Part shown: positions 26,166 through 34,662 of the stretch, in pieces
How the letters are laid out: each line of letters starts with the position of its first letter
Position numbering within the stretch: position 1 is the stretch's first letter
DNA from: Kiritimatiellia bacterium
GTDB lineage: Bacteria > Verrucomicrobiota > Kiritimatiellia > RFP12 > UBA1067
Assembly: GCA_017418445.1 (NCBI GenBank)
Contig: JAFONM010000003.1
Location: 1 to 50,409 of the forward strand
Length of the DNA stretch: 50,409 nucleotides
Direction: 5' to 3'
Notes under the pieces: generated by a model
What the model saw: the letters and a program-made list of their open reading frames with translations, nothing else
Told to the model about the DNA's origin: nothing
Database searches by the model: none
Position numbers and translations under genes: made by a program

Positions 26166-27277
26166 TGAACCCGGCCCGCAAGCTCAGGTATGCGATGGTC
26201 GGCGGCGCGAAGGGATCGTTCATCGGTCCCATCCACCGCATGGCCCTCCGCATGGACTGCCTCGCCGACCTCGTCGCCGCGTGTTTCGCGCGGCGGCGCG
26301 CGGCGAATCTCGAGACCGCCGCGGAGCTCGGACTCGACCCCGCGCGCGTCTATCCTGACTGGCAGTCTCTGATCGCCGGCGAGAAGGGCAGGGTCGACTT
26401 CGTCGTCGTCGCGACGACGAACGAGACGCACTACGCGATCGCCAAGGCCGCGCTCGAGGCGGGGATGCACGTCTTCTGCGAGAAGCCCCTCTCCCTCTCC
26501 GTGAAGGAGGCGGGTGATCTCGGCAGGATCGCGAAGCGCAGGAAGCTCGTCCTCGGCGTTCCGTTCACCTACACCGGCTACCCGATGGTCAAGCTCGCGC
26601 GCGACCTCGTGAAGAAGGGCGAGCTCGGCAGGATCGACAAGGTCCACCTCGAGTACGTCCAGGGCAGCTTCAGGCGTCCCGGCAAGCGCAAGGCGTGGAA
26701 GAGCGATCCCAGGATCGCGGGACCGAGCTGCGTCGTCGCGGACATCGGCGTGCACGCCTTCACGATGATCGAGTACGTCACCGGACTCGAGGTCAGGTCT
26801 CTCCTCGCGGACCTCTCGGCGTACGGGAATCCGGACGGACTCGACGACGACGCGTCGATCCTCATGCGCCTCTCCGAAGGCGCGAAGGGCGCGCTCGTCA
26901 CGTCAAAGGTCGCGACGGGCGAGGAGAACGGCGTCCGCCTCAGGGTCTACGGGACGAAGGCGTCGCTCTACTTCGACCAGGAGGATCCGAACAAGCTCGT
27001 CGTGAGGTATCCCGACAGGCCCGAGGCGGTCTACCGCCGCAAGGCGTCGTACGTGAACTCGATTTCGCCGCGCTCCGCCGCGGCGTCGCGCTTCCCCGCG
27101 GGACACCACGAGGGATTCGTCGAGGCGCTCGCCAACATATACGACGAGTTCGTCGCGGCGATAAGCTCCGGCGCCGCGCGCGACTATCCCGGCGCCGAGG
27201 AGGGAGTCCGCTCCATGCGCTTCGTGGAGGCCGCGCTCGCGTCCGACAGGAAGGGCGGGCGCTGGGTCCGATTATGA
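26165..27277 (+). CDS. Gfo/Idh/MocA-family oxidoreductase (cytoplasmic type)
   Basis: LRYAMVGGAKGSFIG, VFCEKPL. The start overlaps the upstream stop by 1 nt (TGATG). Confidence 0.8.
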   Translation: MNPARKLRYAMVGGAKGSFIGPIHRMALRMDCLADLVAACFARRRAANLETAAELGLDPARVYPDWQSLIAGEKGRVDFVVVATTNETHYAIAKAALEAGMHVFCEKPLSLSVKEAGDLGRIAKRRKLVLGVPFTYTGYPMVKLARDLVKKGELGRIDKVHLEYVQGSFRRPGKRKAWKSDPRIAGPSCVVADIGVHAFTMIEYVTGLEVRSLLADLSAYGNPDGLDDDASILMRLSEGAKGALVTSKVATGEENGVRLRVYGTKASLYFDQEDPNKLVVRYPDRPEAVYRRKASYVNSISPRSAAASRFPAGHHEGFVEALANIYDEFVAAISSGAARDYPGAEEGVRSMRFVEAALASDRKGGRWVRL

Positions 27278-27284
27278 GCCTTTC

Positions 27285-27369
27285 GCCGGAGTGGTGGAAT
27301 GGCAGACACCAGGGACTTAAAATCCCTTGCCAGGTATTTGGCGTACGGGTTCGAGTCCCGTCTCCGGCA
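27285..27369 (+). tRNA. tRNA-Leu (anticodon UAA)
   Basis: Folds by hand. Acceptor GCCGGAG/CTCCGGC plus discriminator A. Anticodon stem AGGGA/TCCCT with loop CTTAAAA. Long variable arm GCCAG-GTAT-TTGGC. T arm ACGGG-TTCGAGT-CCCGT. Total 85 nt. Confidence 0.9.
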
Positions 27370-27395
27370 CTTTCAAAACGCAATCGGGAGATACC

Positions 27396-28097
27396 ATGAA
27401 CAGCATCGCTTCGATGATCGACCACACGTTCCTGAAGTCCGACGGAACCGCCGCCGACATCGCCAGGCTCTGCCGCGAGGCGAAGAAGCACTGTTTCGCC
27501 TCCGTGTGCGTCCATCCCGCCGAGGTGGCGCGCTGCACCCGGCTTCTCAGGGGCTCGGGCGTCAAGGTGTGCACCGTCGTGGGATTCCCGCTTGGACGCA
27601 ACAAGCAGGGGACTCTCCTCTGGGAGGCGTGCGAGGCGATCGAGGACGGAGCGGCGGAGCTGGACTTCGTCATAGACGTCACGCGCATCAAGGAAGTCGC
27701 GAAGCGCGGCATGAAGTCGCCCGCCGGCACCAAGTACCTCGCCGAGTGGCTGGCCATCCTCGGCGTCGCGAGGACCCGCAGGAAGGACGTCGTCACGAAG
27801 CTCATCATAGAGTGCTGCTGCCTGACGGACTCCGAGAAGGCCTTCGCGTGCAGGTTCGCGAAGGAGGCGGGCTTCGACTTCGTGAAGACGTCGACCGGAT
27901 TCGGCACGGGCGGCGCGACGGTCCGGGACGTGCGGCTCATGCGCAGGGCCGTCGGCAGGAAGATGGGCGTCAAGGCGGCTGGCGGAATCCGCACCTACGC
28001 GGACGCGCTCGCCATGGTCAAGGCCGGGGCGACGCGCCTCGGATGCTCCGCCAGCGTCGCGATCGTCCGCGAAGAGGCGCAAAAACAGGAACATTAA
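27396..28097 (+). CDS. deoC: deoxyribose-phosphate aldolase
   Basis: IDHTFLK, CVHP, VVGFPLG, and the Schiff-base lysine context FVKTSTGF. Confidence 0.85.
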   Translation: MNSIASMIDHTFLKSDGTAADIARLCREAKKHCFASVCVHPAEVARCTRLLRGSGVKVCTVVGFPLGRNKQGTLLWEACEAIEDGAAELDFVIDVTRIKEVAKRGMKSPAGTKYLAEWLAILGVARTRRKDVVTKLIIECCCLTDSEKAFACRFAKEAGFDFVKTSTGFGTGGATVRDVRLMRRAVGRKMGVKAAGGIRTYADALAMVKAGATRLGCSASVAIVREEAQKQEH

Positions 28098-28116
28098 CAA
28101 TCCGTTAACATTAGGA

Positions 28117-28125
28117 TGGTATAAT
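28117..28125 (+). promoter_or_regulatory. extended -10 box TGGTATAAT
   Basis: Exact motif 72 nt upstream of the ABC ATPase start. Confidence 0.5.
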
Positions 28126-28143
28126 CGAAGGTATCGCGGAACT

Positions 28144-28178
28144 GCGGAGGTGCGGCATGATGCGCCTCCGCCGGTTTT
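28144..28178 (+). promoter_or_regulatory. 5'-leader stem-loop plus T-tract (candidate attenuator)
   Basis: GCGGAGGTGCG-GCATGA-TGCGCCTCCGC forms an 11-bp stem (2 G-U pairs) with a 6-nt loop at 28144..28171, followed by CGGTTTT. It lies between the promoter box and ATG 28198. Confidence 0.4.
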
Positions 28179-28197
28179 CAACCAAAAGGGAAAGAAA

Positions 28198-28920
28198 ATG
28201 CTGGAAGTAAAGAACCTGAAGAAGCGCTTCGGCGACTTCGAGGCCGTGAAGGGACTCTCCTTCTCCGTCGCGAAGGGCGAAGTGCTGGGCTTCCTCGGTC
28301 CGAACGGCGCCGGAAAGTCCACTACGATGAGAATGATCACGGGATTCCTCCCGCCGACGTCCGGAACGGCCGTCGTGTGCGGACACGACATACTGACCGA
28401 CCCGGTCGGCGCCAAGCGCGCGGTAGGGTACCTGCCCGAGGCCGCCCCGAGCTACCGCGGAATGGTCGTCGAGGAGTTCCTCGAGTTCATGGCCGAGATC
28501 CGCGGATTCCGCGGCAGGGCCGCGAAGGAGCGCGTCGACGCCGTCATCGCGAAGGCGCATCTCGAGCCGGTCGCGAAGAAGACGATCGAAACGCTGTCGA
28601 AGGGCTACCGGCAGAGAACCTGCTTCGCGCAGGCGATCATACACGATCCGGCGGTCCTGATCATGGACGAGCCGACGGACGGACTCGACCCCAACCAGAA
28701 GCACACGGTCCGCGAGATGATCAAGGAGATGTCCGCCGAGAAGGCGATCGTGATCTCGACGCACATCCTCGAGGAGGTCGACGCCGTATGCACGCGCGCG
28801 CTGATAATCGCCGACGGCGAGATCAAGGCGGACGGCACGCCCGCCAGGCTCAAGGCGATGGATCCCTCCGGCAGGCTCGACATCGTGTTCCGCAACCTCA
28901 CGAAGGGAGGCGAGAAATGA
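28198..28920 (+). CDS. ABC transporter ATP-binding protein (ABC-2/GldA-like)
   Basis: Walker A GPNGAGKST, signature LSKGYRQR, Walker B LIMDEPTDGLD. Confidence 0.9.
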   Translation: MLEVKNLKKRFGDFEAVKGLSFSVAKGEVLGFLGPNGAGKSTTMRMITGFLPPTSGTAVVCGHDILTDPVGAKRAVGYLPEAAPSYRGMVVEEFLEFMAEIRGFRGRAAKERVDAVIAKAHLEPVAKKTIETLSKGYRQRTCFAQAIIHDPAVLIMDEPTDGLDPNQKHTVREMIKEMSAEKAIVISTHILEEVDAVCTRALIIADGEIKADGTPARLKAMDPSGRLDIVFRNLTKGGEK

Positions 28921-31496
28921 AGAACGTCATAAGCGTTTTCAAGCGCGAGTTCAAGGCGTATTTCGACAGCCCCGTGGCGTACGTGTTCCTGACCGCCTTC
29001 CTGGTGCTCACCGGGTTCCTCACGTTCGCCATCGCGCAGTTCTACGAAGCGAGGCAGGCGGACCTCGGAAGCTTCTTCTTCTGGCATCCGTGGGTCTATC
29101 TGCTCCTCGTCCCGGCGGCCACCATGGGACTCTGGGCCGACGAGCGCCGCAGCGGCACCGCCGAGCTCGTCCTCACCCTGCCGCTCACGACGACGGAAGT
29201 CCTCGTCGGGAAGTTCCTCGCGTCCTGGGCGTTCCTCGTCCTCGCTCTCGCGCTGACCTTCCCCGTCGCGGTCACCGTCGGCTACCTCGGTTCGCCCGAC
29301 TGGGGCGCGATCGTCTGCGGATACGTCGGCTCGGCGCTGCTCGCAGGGGCCGCGGCGGCCGTGGGACTCTTCGCGTCGTCGCTGTCGCGCTCCAGCGTCG
29401 TCGGATTCGTCGTCGCCCTCGCGCTGGTGTTCCTCCTGCTGATAATCGGATTCGATCCGGTCGTCGGCGCGCTCGCCGCATGGGGATTCCCGAACGCCGT
29501 CGTCAACGCGCTCGCGGGATGCTCGCTTCTGACGCACTTCATGTCGCTCCAGCGCGGAGTGCTGGACATCTCGGACGTCGGCTACTACGTCGGCATCGCG
29601 GCGCTTTTCATAGCCGCCGCGAAGACCGCGGTCGACGGACGCCGCGGAGCCTCGAAGGGGCTCGTCGCGCTCGCCGCGATCGCGGTGATCGTCGTCGCGG
29701 CCGTCACGATGCTCGGACGCTGCGCGCTGCGCGCGGACCTCACCGCCGAGGGGCTCTACACGCTCTCCGGCGGATCGAAGGCGGTCCTCGCCCAGCTCGA
29801 CAAGGACGTCACGCTCAAGTACTACGTCAGCGAGGACGCCGAGGAGATGCCGCAGGTCCTCAAGGCGTACGCCAAGAGGGTGGGCGACCTCCTCGACGAA
29901 TACGTCCGCGCTTCGGGCGGCAGGCTCGTCCTCGAGAAGTACGATCCGGAGCCGGACTCCGACGCCGAGGAATGGGCTCAGCGCTACGGCATCGATCAGC
30001 AGACCGTCAATCCGTTCGGCTCGGGAATCTACTTCGGACTCGTCGCGACCTGCGGCGACCGCGAGGAGACGATCGGCGCGTTCACGCCCAGGACGGAGTC
30101 CACGCTCGAATACGACCTCACCCGTCTCGTGACGCGCGTCGCGTGGCCCGAGCGTCCGGTCGTCGGCGTCATGTCGTCCCTCCCCAACGTCGTTGGCGGA
30201 CAGCCCGACAGGCAGATGATGATGATGGGCCAGCGTCCGCAGCAGGGCTGGATCGTCTTCCAGGAGCTTGCCAAGGACTACGACGTCCGCACCGTCGAGA
30301 CCGACACCGAGGCGATCGACGACGACGTGAAGACGCTCGTCGTGGTCCATCCCGAGGGCCTCACGGACAAGGCGCTCTACGCAATCGACCAGTTCGTCCT
30401 CCGCGGCGGACGTCTCGTCGCGTGCGTCGATCCGTTCAGCGTCACCGAGGCGATCGCCGCGAGCCAGAACCAGCAGGCGATGATGATGGGAATGGGTCCG
30501 AAGCCGTCCACCCTCGGCAGGCTCTTCGAGGCGTGGGGAATCGGCTTCGACACCATGAAGGTGACGTGCGACCTCTCGGCCGCGACGCAGATGGGCAACG
30601 GACGCGGCGGCGCGGAGCTCGAGCCCGCGGTCCTCTCGTTCAAGCCCGGCAACATGGCGAAGGGCGAGCTGCTCGCGGAGGGGATGGACAACGTGGTCTT
30701 CGCCTACGCGGGCGCGTTCACGTACCAGAAGAAGGACATGGACCTCGTGTTCGATCCGATCATCACGACGTCCGAGGACAAGTCCTCCGAGGCGATGGCC
30801 TCCATGCTCATGATGGGCGGCGGCACGAAGGAGGCCCGGCCCGACGGCAGGTCGAGGATCGTCGCCGCCCGCCTCACAGGAACGTTCAGGACGGCGTATC
30901 CGAAGGGACCCGACGGGACGAACGACGTCTCGAAGGCCCTTTCGGAAGGGAAGGGCGCCGTGATGCTCTTCGCCGACTCTGACTTCCTGACGGACCAGCT
31001 CACGGTGCGCGTCCTTCGGACCCCGTTCGGCAACGTCGCGCAGCCAGTCAGCGACAACCTCGGACTCTTCTCGAACGTCATCGAGCAGTTCGCGGGACGC
31101 GAGGAGCTCATCGGACTCAGGACCCGCGGCGCCAGCTCGCGCCCGTTCGACGTCGTCGACAGGCTCGAGGCGGACGCGATGGCGAAGTGGCAGCAGAAGG
31201 AGGCGGACCTTCAGGAGAAGCTCCGCCAGGCGCAGGCCCGCATCAACGAGCTCCAGAGCAAGAAGTCCGGCGAGGAGCGCATGATCCTCTCCCGCGAGCA
31301 GCAGGAGGAGATCGTCAAGGCGCGCGAGGCCGCGGCCGACACGCGCAAGCAGCTCAAGGAGGTCAGGAAGGACCTCACCGCGGACATCCGCAGGCTCGGA
31401 ACAGAAATCAAGTGGATGAACATCGCGCTCGTGCCGCTTCTTGTGGTGCTGTTCGGATTGTTCCGCGGCGCGAGGAGAATGAAAGGGAGGAAGTGA
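28917..31496 (+). CDS. fused ABC-2 permease (GldF-like) / GldG-like auxiliary protein (859 aa)
   Basis: ATGA overlap with the ATPase gene. The N-terminal ~240 aa is a multi-TM ABC-2 permease (FKREFKAYFDSPVAYVF...). The GldG-like extracytoplasmic part follows (LTAEGLYTLSGGSKAVLAQLDKDVTLKYYVS...), then a C-terminal coiled segment and a TM helix. Confidence 0.7.
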   Translation: MKNVISVFKREFKAYFDSPVAYVFLTAFLVLTGFLTFAIAQFYEARQADLGSFFFWHPWVYLLLVPAATMGLWADERRSGTAELVLTLPLTTTEVLVGKFLASWAFLVLALALTFPVAVTVGYLGSPDWGAIVCGYVGSALLAGAAAAVGLFASSLSRSSVVGFVVALALVFLLLIIGFDPVVGALAAWGFPNAVVNALAGCSLLTHFMSLQRGVLDISDVGYYVGIAALFIAAAKTAVDGRRGASKGLVALAAIAVIVVAAVTMLGRCALRADLTAEGLYTLSGGSKAVLAQLDKDVTLKYYVSEDAEEMPQVLKAYAKRVGDLLDEYVRASGGRLVLEKYDPEPDSDAEEWAQRYGIDQQTVNPFGSGIYFGLVATCGDREETIGAFTPRTESTLEYDLTRLVTRVAWPERPVVGVMSSLPNVVGGQPDRQMMMMGQRPQQGWIVFQELAKDYDVRTVETDTEAIDDDVKTLVVVHPEGLTDKALYAIDQFVLRGGRLVACVDPFSVTEAIAASQNQQAMMMGMGPKPSTLGRLFEAWGIGFDTMKVTCDLSAATQMGNGRGGAELEPAVLSFKPGNMAKGELLAEGMDNVVFAYAGAFTYQKKDMDLVFDPIITTSEDKSSEAMASMLMMGGGTKEARPDGRSRIVAARLTGTFRTAYPKGPDGTNDVSKALSEGKGAVMLFADSDFLTDQLTVRVLRTPFGNVAQPVSDNLGLFSNVIEQFAGREELIGLRTRGASSRPFDVVDRLEADAMAKWQQKEADLQEKLRQAQARINELQSKKSGEERMILSREQQEEIVKAREAAADTRKQLKEVRKDLTADIRRLGTEIKWMNIALVPLLVVLFGLFRGARRMKGRK

Positions 31497-31497
31497 G

Positions 31498-32364
31498 ATG
31501 AGCAACAGGTCTTTGGGCATTCTCGTAGGCGCTGCGGCGGTCCTCTGCGCGGCCGCGTACTTCACGTCGGGGAGCAGGTCCTCCCCGTCGTCCCGCCTCG
31601 CGGGCGAAAAGCTCGCCGAGGAGTTCGACCTCGCGAAGGTCGCGTCAGTCGACATCGGCGGAAAGGTCAGGCTCGTCGCCGGAACGAACGGATGGGCCGT
31701 CTCTACCTACCAGGACTATCCCGCCGACATCGTGAAGATCCGCGAGAACCTCCTCAGGCTGAAGGACGCGAAGGTCGGACAGGTCGTCCGCGGACGCGAG
31801 CTCAGGGAGAAGACAGAGGTCGTCCTCAGGGACGACGCGGGTGCGGAGCTCGCGAAGGTGACGCTCGGCGACAGGCACGAGAAGTGGGGACGCGGACGCT
31901 ACGCCCTGAAGGGCGACACGACCGTCCTCGTCGGAGACGCGCTCGACGGATTCGGACCCGATCCGAAGGACTGGCTCGAGACGAAGATCGTGGACGATCC
32001 GTACGTCTCGTTCCGCGAGCTCGCCGACCCCGCGCTCACCGAGGAGGAGCTCGGCTTCGCGACGGGAGTCGTCGCCAAGGTCACGATCGCGGGCGACACG
32101 AACCGCGTCGCGACGATAGGCAACGTCGTGAAGGGCGGCTCCGACCGCTACATGAAGCTCGACGGCAAGAAGTGGGTCTTCGTCGTGCCGTCCTACTCCG
32201 TCGACAAGCTCCTCCCCAAGCCTCCGCCCGAAGAGAAGAAGGAGGAAGCAAGGGAGGAAGCTGCGGAGTCCGCCGAGAAGGAGGCGGCTCCGGACAGGGC
32301 CGAGGAGCCTGCAAAGGTCGAAACCCCGGCCGCGGCGCCCGAGAAATCCGCCGCGGAACCGTAG
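31498..32364 (+). CDS. DUF4340-like protein with an E/K/A-rich tail
   Basis: N-terminal anchor. GWAVSTYQDYPADIVKIRENLLRLKDAK resembles the DUF4340 core. Position directly after a GldG-like gene is typical for this family. Confidence 0.5.
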   Translation: MSNRSLGILVGAAAVLCAAAYFTSGSRSSPSSRLAGEKLAEEFDLAKVASVDIGGKVRLVAGTNGWAVSTYQDYPADIVKIRENLLRLKDAKVGQVVRGRELREKTEVVLRDDAGAELAKVTLGDRHEKWGRGRYALKGDTTVLVGDALDGFGPDPKDWLETKIVDDPYVSFRELADPALTEEELGFATGVVAKVTIAGDTNRVATIGNVVKGGSDRYMKLDGKKWVFVVPSYSVDKLLPKPPPEEKKEEAREEAAESAEKEAAPDRAEEPAKVETPAAAPEKSAAEP

Positions 32365-32420
32365 ACCAGGCAGGCGGAGCGGAGGCTTCCGCGCGCGTAT
32401 TGCCCGTACGGCGTGTAATT

Positions 32421-32429
32421 TGATACAAT
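32421..32429 (+). promoter_or_regulatory. extended -10-like box TGATACAAT
   Basis: ATG 32430 abuts the box. A second in-frame ATG at 32439 lies 9 nt downstream. Confidence 0.4.
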
Positions 32430-32438
32430 ATGGGAATC

Positions 32439-34658
32439 ATGAAAGCGCGCATTCTCTGTCTGACCGCACTGTCCGTTCTCGCCGTCTCCGTGGCGTCGGC
32501 GGGCGAGTCGCTGCTGCTCAAGCTTTCCGCCGACCGAATGGCGGCGGACAACATCACCGGCGCGATGGTCGCGACGGGCAACGTGTCCGCCACGCTCGGT
32601 CCGTTCAGGCTCAGGTCTCCCGGGGCGTCGAAGGTCGGCGACGTCTACGAGTTCGGCGAGAACACAGTCGTCACGACCTGCACAAACGCTCCCGGACACG
32701 AGCACTGGTTCGCGCGCGGCGGCGTAAGGGTTTCGATGGAAGACGGCGCCAATGAGGTCGTCGGACGCAACATGTCCGTCGGCTCGTACGGCGTCCCGCT
32801 CCTCTGGTTCCCGTACTGGTGGCAGCCGATCAACACGGACTACGGCTGGCGCGTCGTCCCCGGCTACAGGAGCCGCTGGGGCGCGTACCTCCTCACGAAG
32901 TACGTCTACACGCTCGCGGGATCCTTCGAGGAAGGCGCGTGGGGACTCGGCGGATCGACGCGGTTCGACCTCCGCTACAAGAACGGCGTCGCGGTCGGGC
33001 AGTCCGTGCGCTGGAACCTCGGCGACTTCGGCAGGGGCAAGTTCAAGGCCTACTACGCGTGGGACGAGGATGCGGACCGCTACGACCGCGGATGGAATTC
33101 GCGCCATCGCTACCGCAACTGGGGCACGGAGGTGGACCGCGATCGCTATGCGTTCTCGCTCGAGCACAAGTGGGAGCCGACCGAGCGCGATGTCGTCCGG
33201 CTTTCCGGCGCCTATATGAGCGACTCGCACTTCAAGCGCGACTTCCTCAGGGACGGGCTGTTCGGCGTAGGCAACCGCTATCCGGACGCCGACCGCAACG
33301 AGCTTGCGTGGGAGCACGCCGAGAAGTACGTCGTCGGCGGAATCGGCGTCTCGGGTCCGCTCAACGACATCTACGGCGGCGTCGCGCGCATGCCCGAGGC
33401 CTGGTTCGACGTCCAGCCCCAGCCCGTCTTCTCGCTTCCGCTGAACTACGAGTCGCGCACGACCCTCGGCTGGCTCGACCGCGAATACGCCAAGCACGGC
33501 GACAAGCGCACGTCCCTGCCGTTCCGCTACGATCCAGGCGAATGGGCGAGCTACCAGGTCTTCAGGGCGGATTCCTACCACAGGCTGACGGCGCCGTTCC
33601 GCGTCGCGGACGTCGTCTCGGTCGCACCGAGGGTCGGGGTCCGCGGAACCTGGTGGTCCGATTCCGGCGCCGAGGTCCTCGACGGCGCGCACCGCGCCCG
33701 CTCGATGGACGATCCGGTCCTCAGGTCCATCGTCGAGGGCGGCGTCACCTTCGCCGCGCGCGGCGTCGCGTGGCTCGGCGGGGAGGAGCGCTGGCAGCAC
33801 GTCCTCGAGCCCTATCTCGACGTCCTCGCGCAGGAGGCGCAGTACTCGGGACTCCGCCGCGACGCCCGCGCCTACGTGTTCGACTCGACGGACGGCTCGG
33901 CCGACTGGCTCGACCAGTTCGCGGGCAGGAGCCGCAACCTTCCGTACACCTGGTACGGCATGACGCCCGGGCTGCGCAACGCCTTCAGGAAGGCGGACGA
34001 GAAGGGACGCCTCCGCACGGTCTTCGACTTCGACTTCTACGCCGCGGTGCAGTTCAACGACACCTCGTGGACCGACGGCGGCCGCTACCATCGCCTCTCG
34101 CGCGACCAGGAGAATCCGAACTACGGTCGCGACGGCAGGGTGACGGCGAACCCCGGGGTCCGCGCGCGCTGGTTCGCGACGAAGGAATCCTCCCTGATGT
34201 CCCGTGCGGAGTGGGACGGGGAGAACGACACGCTCGCATACGCGGACGTCGCCTTCTCGCATCGCCTTGCGGATTCGTTCAGGTACGAGATATCGTATTC
34301 GGCGCGCGACCAGCGCTGGTGGGACTACTCGTCGACGCCGTACGATCCCGCGCAGATGCGCAACGAGGACTTCAACTGGGCGAAGTTCTCCTACCTCCAG
34401 GTCGGCTTCGAGCACGAGGTGTGCGACGCCTTCGCGTGGGGGCCGTTCGTCCGCTGGGACTTCCGCGAGAACGAGCTCGACGAGATCGGCTCCTGGTTCG
34501 ACATCCGGACGGACTGCCTCGGGTTCCGCTTCTCGCTTTCCTACGAGAACGACTATCGGCGCATAGACGGTTCCGAGCACGACGACGACTGGCGCGCAAG
34601 CTTCGGCGTCTACCTCCGTGCGTTTGGACCCTCCATGGGCACCATGTTCGGCGACTGA
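32439..34658 (+). CDS. lptD: LPS-assembly outer-membrane protein LptD-like
   Basis: Signal peptide MKARILCLTALSVLAVSVASA. OstA-like N-terminus (LSADRMAADNITGAMVATGNVSATLGPFRL...TTCTNAPGHEHW). A long Tyr/Trp/Arg/Asp-rich beta-barrel-type region follows. The alternative start is 32430. Confidence 0.65.
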   Translation: MKARILCLTALSVLAVSVASAGESLLLKLSADRMAADNITGAMVATGNVSATLGPFRLRSPGASKVGDVYEFGENTVVTTCTNAPGHEHWFARGGVRVSMEDGANEVVGRNMSVGSYGVPLLWFPYWWQPINTDYGWRVVPGYRSRWGAYLLTKYVYTLAGSFEEGAWGLGGSTRFDLRYKNGVAVGQSVRWNLGDFGRGKFKAYYAWDEDADRYDRGWNSRHRYRNWGTEVDRDRYAFSLEHKWEPTERDVVRLSGAYMSDSHFKRDFLRDGLFGVGNRYPDADRNELAWEHAEKYVVGGIGVSGPLNDIYGGVARMPEAWFDVQPQPVFSLPLNYESRTTLGWLDREYAKHGDKRTSLPFRYDPGEWASYQVFRADSYHRLTAPFRVADVVSVAPRVGVRGTWWSDSGAEVLDGAHRARSMDDPVLRSIVEGGVTFAARGVAWLGGEERWQHVLEPYLDVLAQEAQYSGLRRDARAYVFDSTDGSADWLDQFAGRSRNLPYTWYGMTPGLRNAFRKADEKGRLRTVFDFDFYAAVQFNDTSWTDGGRYHRLSRDQENPNYGRDGRVTANPGVRARWFATKESSLMSRAEWDGENDTLAYADVAFSHRLADSFRYEISYSARDQRWWDYSSTPYDPAQMRNEDFNWAKFSYLQVGFEHEVCDAFAWGPFVRWDFRENELDEIGSWFDIRTDCLGFRFSLSYENDYRRIDGSEHDDDWRASFGVYLRAFGPSMGTMFGD

Positions 34659-34662
34659 GGCG

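Noticed and set aside
27285-27369. tRNA-Leu as an integration hotspot for a genomic island
   Set aside because: No integrase, direct repeat of the tRNA 3' end, or compositional shift is visible on either side. The flanking genes (a Gfo/Idh/MocA oxidoreductase and deoC) look like core genes.
28605-31655. 1016-aa minus-strand ORF antisense to the fused permease/GldG gene; similar long antisense ORFs are 32193..34691, 35816..37432, 37134..38669, 38819..40126, 39778..41298, 41857..43725, 44182..45264 and 45289..47973
   Set aside because: All of them overlap plus-strand genes with clear motifs, have Arg/Gly/Asp/Glu-skewed low-complexity translations, and lack plausible start contexts.
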